DNA from: Bacteroidales bacterium
Lineage (GTDB): Bacteria; Bacteroidota; Bacteroidia; Bacteroidales; CAIWKO01
Length of the DNA stretch: 47,525 nucleotides
NCBI GenBank assembly: GCA_035389045.1
Contig: DAOORA010000033.1
Span: 1 to 47,525 of the forward strand
Direction: 5' to 3'
Shown here: positions 20,742 to 29,400 of the stretch, in pieces
Layout of the letters: each line of letters begins with the position of its first letter
Numbering within the stretch: position 1 is the stretch's first letter
Position numbers and translations under genes: made by a program
The notes under the pieces: model-generated
Databases searched by the model: none
What the model saw: only the letters and a program-made list of their open reading frames with translations
Told to the model about the DNA's origin: nothing

Positions 20742-21033
20742 TTGCTACACTGTTTTTAAGTTCATCAATAATATGATCCAGCTGTTCATCAGATAGCTTT
20801 TCATAATCCACGCTCAAACTGGTGGCCTGTAATGTAGGTACAGTATATTTGAGTAACTTTTCGATGAACAATAACCGATCTTTTGGCTCCAGTGCTTTTA
20901 TATCCGCCTCGATAGTATGCCAGTTGTTTTCTAAAACTTCATTGATCCGTTGCCGTAAATCAGCTGTTAATTTGTTCGGAGTTCCTGCCGGCCTCCCTGC
21001 CGGGTTGTTGGTTGTTCCTTTTTTTAATCCCAT
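20725..21033 (-). CDS. DUF5681-like / terminase small-subunit-like protein (102 aa)
   Basis: N-terminal KKGTTNNPAGRPAGTPNKLT motif, helical body, C-terminal DYEKLSDEQL. The TerS function is inferred. Confidence 0.55.
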   Translation of the reverse strand: MGLKKGTTNNPAGRPAGTPNKLTADLRQRINEVLENNWHTIEADIKALEPKDRLLFIEKLLKYTVPTLQATSLSVDYEKLSDEQLDHIIDELKNSVANESKR

Positions 21034-21130
21034 TACTTTAATATTTAAAATTTGTAAATCCTTGTTCTTTTCAAAAAATTCATCATTGCAACCATGAAAA
21101 TTTTCTTTTCATGTAAACTATTTTTTTATT

Positions 21131-21227
21131 TTTATTAAGTACCTTTATTAAGTACCTTTATTAAGAATATTATTTAAGCTGTTGTACTCCTGTCGTTGTT
21201 GGTGTCGTATTGCTGTCGTTGTTGGTG
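21131..21227. repeat. Iteron-like direct repeats (candidate origin)
   Basis: TTTATTAAGTACC x2 plus TTTATTAAG (21131-21165). CTGTCGTTGTTGGTG at 21190 and 21213. AT-rich stretch alongside. Confidence 0.55.
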
Positions 21228-21270
21228 CTGTTCGCTCCATGTTTCGATGGTATATTGATTGTTTCGGTGT

Positions 21271-21510
21271 TCATTGTTTGTTCAAGTAGTTGTTTACCGT
21301 TCCAACGGATATATTTAGACGCTTTGCGATCTGTCGCTGGCTCAATCCCTCCGCCCTCAAATCTTTAATTTGCATCTCGATAGTGTACTCACTTGCTTTC
21401 TTTTCCCAGTATGTTTTGATGTGCTGTTTAACTTTGTCCGGGTTTTTAAGTTTCCAGTTCTTTAGATACTCGTTTTTTAATTTTCTTGCTTTTTCTGATA
21501 AATTTTCCAT
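21271..21510 (-). CDS. Small helix-turn-helix DNA-binding protein (79 aa)
   Basis: C-terminal LRAEGLSQRQIAKRLNISVGTVNNYL HTH. Confidence 0.75.
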   Translation of the reverse strand: MENLSEKARKLKNEYLKNWKLKNPDKVKQHIKTYWEKKASEYTIEMQIKDLRAEGLSQRQIAKRLNISVGTVNNYLNKQ

Positions 21511-21539
21511 GTCATTAAATTTAAAGTTTATAAATATTT

Positions 21540-22517
21540 TTATTTAAGTTGCTGTTCTTTATTAAGCTGTTGTAATGCCCTTTGCCTCGCTTCAGCTTTC
21601 TTTTGTTTAAGTTGTTCAATCTGATATTTTCGTTTTTTGGTTTCCGCCAGCATGATTAAGTTTTCAAGTGTTATTTTTTTACTCAATCCAATGTACAGGC
21701 CTCGCATCTTATTATGTGAATAAACATGAATACCCCAGTTGTTTAACTGCATCGCCTCCAGCACTCGATCAGCATGATAACGGGTTTTATACTTTTTAAA
21801 CAGTTCTTTTATATCCGGGTGCATGGTGGCCGGGAGGTGCTTCACGCTGTTATATCCGAACGCCCGGCAAAGTATGTGTTCTTTATTTGTTTTGCTATAT
21901 GATTTTTTCCCCAGTATCGAACGAATACCAACGTAAAAAGCAAACTGCATCAAATCAAACTCGGTTTTATTATGATCCCGAAATTCAAATAATAAAGTTT
22001 TGTTAATGCTCGGATATGCTTCATTTGCCGGGATCGTTCGATCAATCTCTTTTCCACGCTTTAAACAGTAGTCAAAATCCCCATTAATGCCCAAAAAAGA
22101 ATATGCCTGTCGTATCTGATAAAATTCGATTGCTTTTTCCATGAAGTCAGTATCGGATTTGTTTACATTAATCTCATCGGTCATGACTTCATAACCAAAA
22201 ATATTTAGTATCTGATCGATTTGTGTTTCCGGGTTAAATTCTGTATCTGAAAATCCGTTATAATCCTCATCTAAATAGATTTTTTCACTGTCGATGTATC
22301 TTTGCATCATTTTATAAAGATCGTTCGTTAAATCGCCTTGTTTTCGATAATAACAATACATCATTTGCTTTGCTACATCGTAATATTCAAATTTTATTGT
22401 TTTCGCAAATCTGTAAATGCCATAACTGATAATTTCAGCGATGGTTTTTTGCCTGTCGATAAATAACTCCCGGAGCATGAACAAAGGAAACTGCAAATAT
22501 CTTTCATCGGTTCCCAT
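21540..22517 (-). CDS. Hypothetical protein, possible replication protein (325 aa)
   Basis: Probable start MGTDERYLQFP at 22517, overlapping the upstream gene. No catalytic motif recognised. The role is inferred from position only. Confidence 0.55.
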   Translation of the reverse strand: MGTDERYLQFPLFMLRELFIDRQKTIAEIISYGIYRFAKTIKFEYYDVAKQMMYCYYRKQGDLTNDLYKMMQRYIDSEKIYLDEDYNGFSDTEFNPETQIDQILNIFGYEVMTDEINVNKSDTDFMEKAIEFYQIRQAYSFLGINGDFDYCLKRGKEIDRTIPANEAYPSINKTLLFEFRDHNKTEFDLMQFAFYVGIRSILGKKSYSKTNKEHILCRAFGYNSVKHLPATMHPDIKELFKKYKTRYHADRVLEAMQLNNWGIHVYSHNKMRGLYIGLSKKITLENLIMLAETKKRKYQIEQLKQKKAEARQRALQQLNKEQQLK

Positions 22518-23043
22518 GCTCTGCCCTCCCAAAAGTCAAATAATACCACGTTATAAACTGCTCGAAGTCTTTAGCGATGAAGTACAGGCCTCCGCTGGCT
22601 TCGATGCTCCGCTGGTATTCCTTTTGTGCATCGCTTTGCTTATCGGCTCCGATCTTTACTTCAATCTTTACCGAACGGCCTTTGATGGTTGCCGATATAT
22701 CAGCGGTTCCACGTTGCCCGGCTGTCTTTATGTATTGAAGTGATCCGATGGTTCGCTGATGTCCCAGCACATCGGTACAGGTTTCCCGGCTGTCAATGAT
22801 CCGCCCGGTGCAGTTGATACGCTCGGCCTGGCCTCCAGTCAATCGAATATAATCTATTATGCACTTTGTTAATCCGTTCGCTGTCTTATCGGTGTATTTC
22901 GGAGCTGGGATATATTGCTTCGGCACGTTCGGATATTTTCGTGAGCTGTCATCGATATACAAATTTTTGAGTATCTGTATAGCTTTTTTCGTATCTTTGC
23001 CGGTGTCAGTCAACAAAGATTTTTTGGAGATGGTGTCTTTCAT
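22504..23043 (-). CDS. VRR-NUC-like PD-(D/E)xK nuclease (179 aa)
   Basis: GTADISATIKGRSVKIEVKIGADKQSDAQKEYQRSIEASGGLYFIAKDF motif. Start reassigned to ATG 23043 because the longer call overlaps the excisionase-like gene. Confidence 0.72.
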   Translation of the reverse strand: MKDTISKKSLLTDTGKDTKKAIQILKNLYIDDSSRKYPNVPKQYIPAPKYTDKTANGLTKCIIDYIRLTGGQAERINCTGRIIDSRETCTDVLGHQRTIGSLQYIKTAGQRGTADISATIKGRSVKIEVKIGADKQSDAQKEYQRSIEASGGLYFIAKDFEQFITWYYLTFGRAEHGNR

Positions 23044-23047
23044 GATG

Positions 23048-23344
23048 CTATCTCCTTTTATTTTTATGTGATAACGATTCCAGCACCTCCGATTTTCTGA
23101 ATATGATTGTACGCTCCGCCTGTGAGTAAGGTACACGCCCGGAGTTTTTAATCTTTTGTGCCGTCGGTGTACTAACTTGTAAAAATTCCGCCAGTCCTTT
23201 GATGCCATAAACGTATGGTTCGGGATCGGCTGGAGCTGGCTCCTGCGGAGGTGTTCCGATTAATGTTTCAATTTTCTGCAATAATGCCAGCATCTCGGAA
23301 ACTGCCAGCGGTAACTGTTCAAAGGATAAGATTTTTGTTTCCAT
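23048..23344 (-). CDS. DUF3853-like excisionase/winged-HTH protein
   Basis: YVYGIKGLAEFLQVSTPTAQKIKNSGRVPYSQAERTIIF pattern, and an LSFEQLPLAV N-terminus typical of Bacteroidota Xis-like proteins. Confidence 0.72.
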   Translation of the reverse strand: METKILSFEQLPLAVSEMLALLQKIETLIGTPPQEPAPADPEPYVYGIKGLAEFLQVSTPTAQKIKNSGRVPYSQAERTIIFRKSEVLESLSHKNKRR

Positions 23345-23396
23345 GTTATATTTGATTAAAAATAAAACAAAGATTTTATCCGTTTGAACATTGTAA

Positions 23397-23412
23397 ACCA
23401 GTTATAACTGGT
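23397..23412. promoter_or_regulatory. Perfect 16-bp palindrome ACCAGTTATAACTGGT upstream of the xis-like operon
   Basis: Exact self-complementary sequence in the 76-bp gap between two genes. Confidence 0.55.
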
Positions 23413-23420
23413 AACAAGTT

Positions 23421-24257
23421 TTATTCAAATTCACTTGCATAAGTTTCATTTAACTTTTGCAGGTCTTTTTCAGCTTGTTGTTTGCCTTTTTCCGATAAGT
23501 GTTGAATAACACTTTCAATTAAAGAAATTCGATTTTTTATTCTTTTTTGTGTGCATGGTGTCGGTTTTCCTGTTCTGTTTTGAACATCGGAAAAGCGAAT
23601 AAACTCCTGATATAACTTGTCGCCCGATGTAAGTCCGTATTTTGTAATAATGTTTTTTGCATTATCTCTTGTTATTACATCATATTCATAAACGTAAATT
23701 AAAGCGATCTGCTTTATTTTTAATTTTTCATGCAGTTTTTTATATTTACTTATGTCATCAGTCGTTTTTTCGGGTGCTTCATCGTGCTGATCTCCCATCA
23801 GAAAACATTGATATTTTATCATGTCAAAAACGTAAACAATACGAACAAATATCCCGGTGCTGATGGTGTCAAAGATCGTGTTCTTAATCATGAATTTATC
23901 AAAATATCTCTTTAGTATTTCATCTTTTGAGTAATTGAGCAATATAAACCCAGCGATATTGTCTATTATGATTTCGCTGTTTTCTATATTATAAAACGAA
24001 TAATCAATAAGTTTTTTTGTGCTTTTTTTTTCCATTTCAATAAATGCTGGTTTGCTCATGGTGTCTTTCATTCCAGCATAAAAACTTTTTTTTATGGACT
24101 CAAAACAAAATGTAGGTACTAAAGTTTCCTTTTTAAGTTCGGTTTCAATGAATGTAACCAGGTCGGAAAAATTATCTTTATTGTAATTTGAGTTATATTT
24201 TTCGTTACAATTTTCAGCGATTAAATCAAGTGCTTCATTTTGCATTATTTTCATCAT
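23421..24257 (-). CDS. Hypothetical protein (278 aa) coupled to the integrase
   Basis: ATGA overlap with the integrase stop codon. No recognised motif. Confidence 0.65.
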   Translation of the reverse strand: MMKIMQNEALDLIAENCNEKYNSNYNKDNFSDLVTFIETELKKETLVPTFCFESIKKSFYAGMKDTMSKPAFIEMEKKSTKKLIDYSFYNIENSEIIIDNIAGFILLNYSKDEILKRYFDKFMIKNTIFDTISTGIFVRIVYVFDMIKYQCFLMGDQHDEAPEKTTDDISKYKKLHEKLKIKQIALIYVYEYDVITRDNAKNIITKYGLTSGDKLYQEFIRFSDVQNRTGKPTPCTQKRIKNRISLIESVIQHLSEKGKQQAEKDLQKLNETYASEFE

Positions 24258-25606
24258 ATCTCATTAAATTTATTCATTGATAACTGCTTTTGCTTATTTA
24301 CAATTTTTGTATAAAAATCCATTGTCTTATGGTCTTTGTGGCCAGTCCACTTCATTATGATCTCCGCCGGGATATTCAAATACAGTGCATTAATGATGAA
24401 TGTTTTCCGGGCTGTATGGTGTGTAAGTAGCTGATATTTTTTATAAGTTGTTTCAATCCTTTTGTTGCCTTTGTATTCGATGTAGGTTTCATCGCTTTCA
24501 AATCCGGCCTCTTTTCCAGCATCTTTGATATACTTGTTAAACTTTTGGTTGCTCGGTACAGGAAACGCCCTGTTGTTCTTTAAATCGATATTCTTGTATT
24601 TTTCCCATATTGCTAAAGCATATTTATTGAGTTCGATAATCAGCTTGTCATCGGTTTTGATGGTCAAAATTTCAATATACTGGTTTCCGCTGTCATCGGC
24701 TTTGAAGTCGTTTTTCTTTAAATTGTGAACATCTGAAAATCTCAATCCTGTTAAACAACAAAAGCAATAAATATCTCTTATCTGCTCCAGTCGCTTGTTG
24801 CCGGAAAAATCAAAGTTGATGAAGTGCTGGAGTTCGCTCCATGATAAGAAAACAATATTTTTCTGAAAATCTGCAATGTCAGTACCTTTGAATTTATACT
24901 CAAATGTTTTGTACTCAAGATTTTTATTGTATTTCTTTTTTGTTGCCCAGTTCATAAACCATTTAAACAAGATCATGTACTTGTAATTTGTGGTGTTATT
25001 GAGCTTTTTTTCCTTTTGCAAGTATTCTATGTAGTTTTGAAAAAAGTCCTCTGTAATGTCAGGAAACTGCAAAATTCGGCCATATTTTAAACAATAATCC
25101 TCCACGTGAGATTTTAAAGTTTTGATTTTTTTGATAGTGCTTTCAGTCCAGTTTTTCCGCTTGCTTTCGGTGTCGATGAAAAGCTGAATATAATCCGGGA
25201 TTGATACTGGTCTATTTAATTCCGCTGTGGTTTCATCGATAATGCCCTCTTTTTTCTTTAGCTGTTTCGATAATTCACTCCACAAATAACGCTTCGTGAT
25301 TGTCAAATTCAATTTAACTGCATCATTGTATATTTCCGGCAAAAGTATATCAATATGGTTAATCCTCTTGTTGATGGTTCCGGCGGAGGTTCCATCGCTG
25401 TTGAAATTATTGTTCTTTACCCTCCCGGCTTCATCGTTCCATTTGTCGCTGTCGATCCTGTACCCTATCGGATAAATAACACGCTGGCCATCGAATTTAA
25501 ACTCGACAAGTATCGGTACATGGTCGGTTATAACCTGGCCTGTATTCTTGTCTTTGCGTTTTTCTAATTTGAAACGCTTAATCTCTAAACTTTTTCTTGC
25601 TTTCAT
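24254..25606 (-). CDS. int: Tyrosine recombinase/integrase (Bacteroidota type with arm-binding and SAM-like domains)
   Basis: Catalytic motifs TGLRFSDV, IKT, HHTARKTF, WTGHKD, FYTK. N-terminal IGYRIDSDKWN arm domain. Confidence 0.95.
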   Translation of the reverse strand: MKARKSLEIKRFKLEKRKDKNTGQVITDHVPILVEFKFDGQRVIYPIGYRIDSDKWNDEAGRVKNNNFNSDGTSAGTINKRINHIDILLPEIYNDAVKLNLTITKRYLWSELSKQLKKKEGIIDETTAELNRPVSIPDYIQLFIDTESKRKNWTESTIKKIKTLKSHVEDYCLKYGRILQFPDITEDFFQNYIEYLQKEKKLNNTTNYKYMILFKWFMNWATKKKYNKNLEYKTFEYKFKGTDIADFQKNIVFLSWSELQHFINFDFSGNKRLEQIRDIYCFCCLTGLRFSDVHNLKKNDFKADDSGNQYIEILTIKTDDKLIIELNKYALAIWEKYKNIDLKNNRAFPVPSNQKFNKYIKDAGKEAGFESDETYIEYKGNKRIETTYKKYQLLTHHTARKTFIINALYLNIPAEIIMKWTGHKDHKTMDFYTKIVNKQKQLSMNKFNEI

Positions 25607-25631
25607 GATGGAGTGTTTTCTTTTTACACTC

Positions 25632-25663
25632 CAAAATTACACTCTATTTTTGTTTTATGCAAA
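25632..25663 (-). promoter_or_regulatory. Integrase promoter
   Basis: Minus-strand TTTG (25663-25660), 20-nt spacer, TAATTTTG (25639-25632), 26 bp upstream of the ATG. Confidence 0.65.
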
Positions 25664-25776
25664 TTAATTTTAATTTATTTTGTTTTTTGTTGAAAACATT
25701 ATCTATCTTTGTGTTGGTGCAATATAGGGATATAATAAATTAAAATTTTATCTTTGATTAAATCATGTAAATAGAG

Positions 25777-25789
25777 CCGTACGCTCCAC
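25777..25789 (+). repeat. attR core (copy of the tRNA-Ala 3' end)
   Basis: CCGTACGCTCCAC, identical to 18335-18347. Confidence 0.9.
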
Positions 25790-25804
25790 GGAGTGGAGCG
25801 TACC

Positions 25805-25834
25805 AAGGCAGCGAAAGCTGCCTTTTTTGTTTTG
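25805..25834 (+). terminator. Intrinsic terminator
   Basis: AAGGCAGC-GAAA-GCTGCCTT followed by TTTTGTTTT. Confidence 0.8.
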
Positions 25835-25883
25835 CAAAACAAAAGGAGCCGAAGTTTATCCCGATGAGCCTGCTACATCGGGA

Positions 25884-25902
25884 ACTCCCGTACGCTCCAC
25901 CA
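25884..25902 (+). repeat. Third copy of the tRNA-Ala 3' end (17-bp match, followed by CCA)
   Basis: ACTCCCGTACGCTCCAC matches 18331-18347 and reads ...CTCC-A-CCA. Confidence 0.85.
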
Positions 25903-26418
25903 TAGTGGAACATGGCAAAATATGTTCCTCATTTTTTTTACCTTCTCTCGCCTTCCCCTTTCATTACTAATAATCCAGAACATCGCTTCATTCATTTACG
26001 GTGTTCGAACTGCTCCATCCTTAAAAATGATACCATTTGGGAAAATAGAAGCCATACCAGAATAAAACAACAAAATGTATCAAGCAGCGGGATGGCATTT
26101 CTTTGAATAGAATTCAAAGGACTAAAAAACTTTATATAATTGATAATATATACAAATTCAATATAATGCTGATTTTAAGCACCCGCCTTATCACTGAAGC
26201 GTTTTGAAAATCAATTTGCCCGCCGGAATTAAGGGCGAACAAATTGATTATCTCATCACACATTATTATTATTAAAATATTTAATCAAATTATTAGAGTT
26301 TCAAGACTTTGTGATTTTTTTAATCAAACAACATTATTTGTAAAATTTATTCAAAAATATTTGCTAATTAACGATTATTTTTATACTTTTATGTAAGTTT
26401 TTTATAAAATCTCACAAT

Positions 26419-29400
26419 ATGAAAAAAAATATCATCACACTGGCGACCATCCTTGTATTAACCGGATGGATTAATATGACATTTGCGCAAAATGTTTATA
26501 TTCCTGATATCAATTTTAAAGCGGTTTTGGTAAGCGATTCGAATATCAATACGAACCATGATGGAGAAATACAGTTTTCGGAGGCAAACTCTTTTCTTGG
26601 AACGCTGTACGTTTACAATTCCAACATTTCTGATCTTACAGGCATAGAGGCGTTTACTAATATCTCGGTTTTAAACTGCGCCATGAACAATTTGTCGAGT
26701 CTGGATCTGACTTACAATACCGCACTTGTTAATTTGTCGTGCAACAACAACCAGTTGACAAGTATTGATGTTTTACATTGTGCAGCCCTGACTTCAATTG
26801 ATTGTAATAATAATCTGTTGACAAGTTTGGATGTATCTGTTTGTACTGCACTCATGTTATTGAATTGCAGCAATAACCAGATAACGGCTCTTGATTTATC
26901 TGCCAATACGGCTCTTACTGTTTTAAGTGTTCATTTCAATCAGTTATCTGGTTTGAATGTGTCTTCCCATACGGCAATTACTAATTTATCCTGTAATAAC
27001 AATCTGCTGACAAGCATCGATATATCCGGTTGTTCTGCTCTTACTGCTTTGGAATGTGGTATCAATCAACTAACGAGTTTGGATGTTTCCACCAATACAG
27101 ACCTTATACAACTTTACTGCTACCAAAACCAAATAACAAGTTTAGATGTGTCAAATAATCCGTATCTTACCGAATTGGTCGCTTATGTGAATTATTTGAC
27201 AGCTTTGGATATCTCAGCCAATACCTCTGTTAATAATCTTTGGTGCTATTCCAATCATTTAACAAGTTTGAATGTAAAAAATGGAAACAATGACAATTTT
27301 ACATTTTTCAGAGCAGCCAACAACCCTAACCTGAAATGTATACAAGTAGATGATGCAGTCTGGGCAAATGCAAACTGGGCTAATTATAAAGACGCCGGAG
27401 CAATCTTTACAGAGTATCCCGCTTTAACAGCGAGTGTGAGTATTTCTGTCAACCCGCCAGCCACTGTATGTCCGGGAACTGATGTGACATTTACAGCAAC
27501 TCCAATAAACGGGGGGATATCGCCGACATTTCAGTGGCTGGTGAACGGTAATAATGTGGGCTCCAACAGTTCTGTTTATTCAGACTCTACACTTGAAAAT
27601 TATGATCAGGTGCGATGTATTATGTATTCAAGCGAAACTTGTCTGATTGCAAACCCTGTATATGATTCTGTTATTGTTTCGATTTTTCCATCTGTAGCAG
27701 TTAATCCGGGAACGTACGGTCCGGTATGCACTAATACAGCTCCATTTGAGTTGAACGGAATTCCTCCCGCCGGCATTTTCTATGGTCCGGGTGTAACAGA
27801 TAGTATGTTTTATCCTTTGTTAGCTCAGCCTGGTTCGCATAATATTTTGTATGAATATAACGACGGAAACTGCACATATACGGCATCTGCCAATATTATC
27901 GTCTATAATCCTCCGCTTGTCAGCGCAGGACAGGATATTACCATGGTTTGTACAGATAGCATAGCAATTCTGAACGGCTTTTCATCTGATTCCCTGGTAA
28001 ATTATTATTGGGTTGCAGAGGACACCAGTGCAATTATTTTAAATGCAAATACGCAAACGGCAACAGTTTACTCTCCGGGAAAATATATTCTGACTGTCTT
28101 AAATAATTTGACGGGCTGCTATGCTTGCGATACGGTACAGGTATTTCCTGACACATGCGGCATTCAGCCGTACTATCCACCTCCGCCCAATGGTAAAAAT
28201 GATTCTTTGATAGGCCCGGAATTAAGCCAGTTGTATCTGTACCCACAGAATATGGATAGTGTGGAAAATGTTTTTATGTTGGCCGGAGATTCCGTTTATA
28301 TTGAAGTAATTATAATACAAGGACAGGAAAATTCTGCCCGTACTATGCTTCAATCATTGGGTATGACCGATACCGTTCAACACGGAGATTCGACTTTAGT
28401 TGTCTCCGGAAAATTTCCGATAGGGAATTTGCCACAGCTTAATCAATACCCGGAACTTTTTGTTTATGCCCGGCCGATGTTTCCACCTATAGCATCAAGC
28501 GGAATAGCATATACGCTTGGAGATTCGTTTCAACATTCTGATATAGGCAGAAGTGCTTTTGGATTAGACGGACAGGGCGTGAAAGTGGGTGTGTTATCCG
28601 ATAGCTACAGAACTATTCCGGGCCGTCCTGACTCGACTGATGTGTTGAACGGTGACTTGCCGGGGTTTGGAAATCCGGATACTAATTTAGTGCCCGTGCA
28701 GATTCTAAAAGATTATCCTTATGGAAGAAGAACAGATGAAGGAAGAGCCATGCTGCAGATAATCCATGATATCGCTCCTAAGTCCACGCTCGCCTTCCGC
28801 ACAGGTTTTCTCACACCAGAAAATTTCGCTCTGGGTATCAGGGAACTGCAGGCTTCAGGCTGCAATATTATTTGCGACGACATCACATACATTACCGAGC
28901 CATTCTTTACAGACGGCGCTGTTGCTGAAGCAGTGAATGATGTCACAGCTCTGGGAGTTGCCTATTTCACTGCCGCAGGAAATTTTAATTCCAATTCATA
29001 TGAAGCCACATTCTCTCCTGTGTCCACACCATCAGGCATCACAGGATTCGCACATGATTTTGGCGGTGGAGATATTTTTCAAAGCGTTACACTTGCTCCG
29101 GGTAATTATACTATAGTTCTTCAGTGGGAAGATGATTTTTATTCCCTCTCCAAATCGGCAACCGGTGCTGCAAATGATTTTGATATTTATTTAACCGATG
29201 ATGCCGGCAAAATACTTTTGGGTTATAACAGAGTTAATATCGGCAACGATCCATACGAAGTATTACCGGTTTCGGTTAGATCATCGACCAATGCAAATAT
29301 TATGATCGTCAGAGCAAATCCGGTAGGAGCAAATGCCAGATTAAAATATATTGTTTACCGCGGTAATCTTACCCAGAATGAATATCTGACCGGAACATCC

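Larger units (their letters stand above)
18335..25789 (-). mobile_element. 7.45-kb tRNA-Ala-integrated element (tyrosine integrase; phage-satellite-like)
   Basis: Flanked by the 13-bp direct repeat CCGTACGCTCCAC (18335-18347 = tRNA 3' end; 25777-25789). Integrase next to the distal repeat. All 12 genes on the minus strand. Visibly more AT-rich than the flanks. Confidence 0.92.

Noticed and set aside
23044..23208. N-terminal extension of the 234-aa ORF
   Set aside because: It overlaps the excisionase-like gene in another frame. ATG 23043 follows that gene's stop codon directly.
18335..25789. Complete prophage, ICE or NBU-type mobilisable transposon
   Set aside because: No structural, lysis, large terminase, T4SS or recognisable relaxase genes lie within the att boundaries.
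25777..25902. Repeated CCGTACGCTCCAC as a CRISPR array
   Set aside because: Only two local copies, both equal to the tRNA 3' end. The 107-bp spacing is too long, and there are no cas genes.
25912..26106. 64-aa ORF after the third tRNA copy (checked on both strands for a GIY-YIG or integrase fragment)
   Set aside because: No recognisable motif in the frames I translated.
26209..26249. Inverted repeat AATCAATTTG...CAAATTGATT upstream of the subtilase
   Set aside because: A single imperfect hairpin with no second copy or recognisable riboswitch features. It cannot be assigned.
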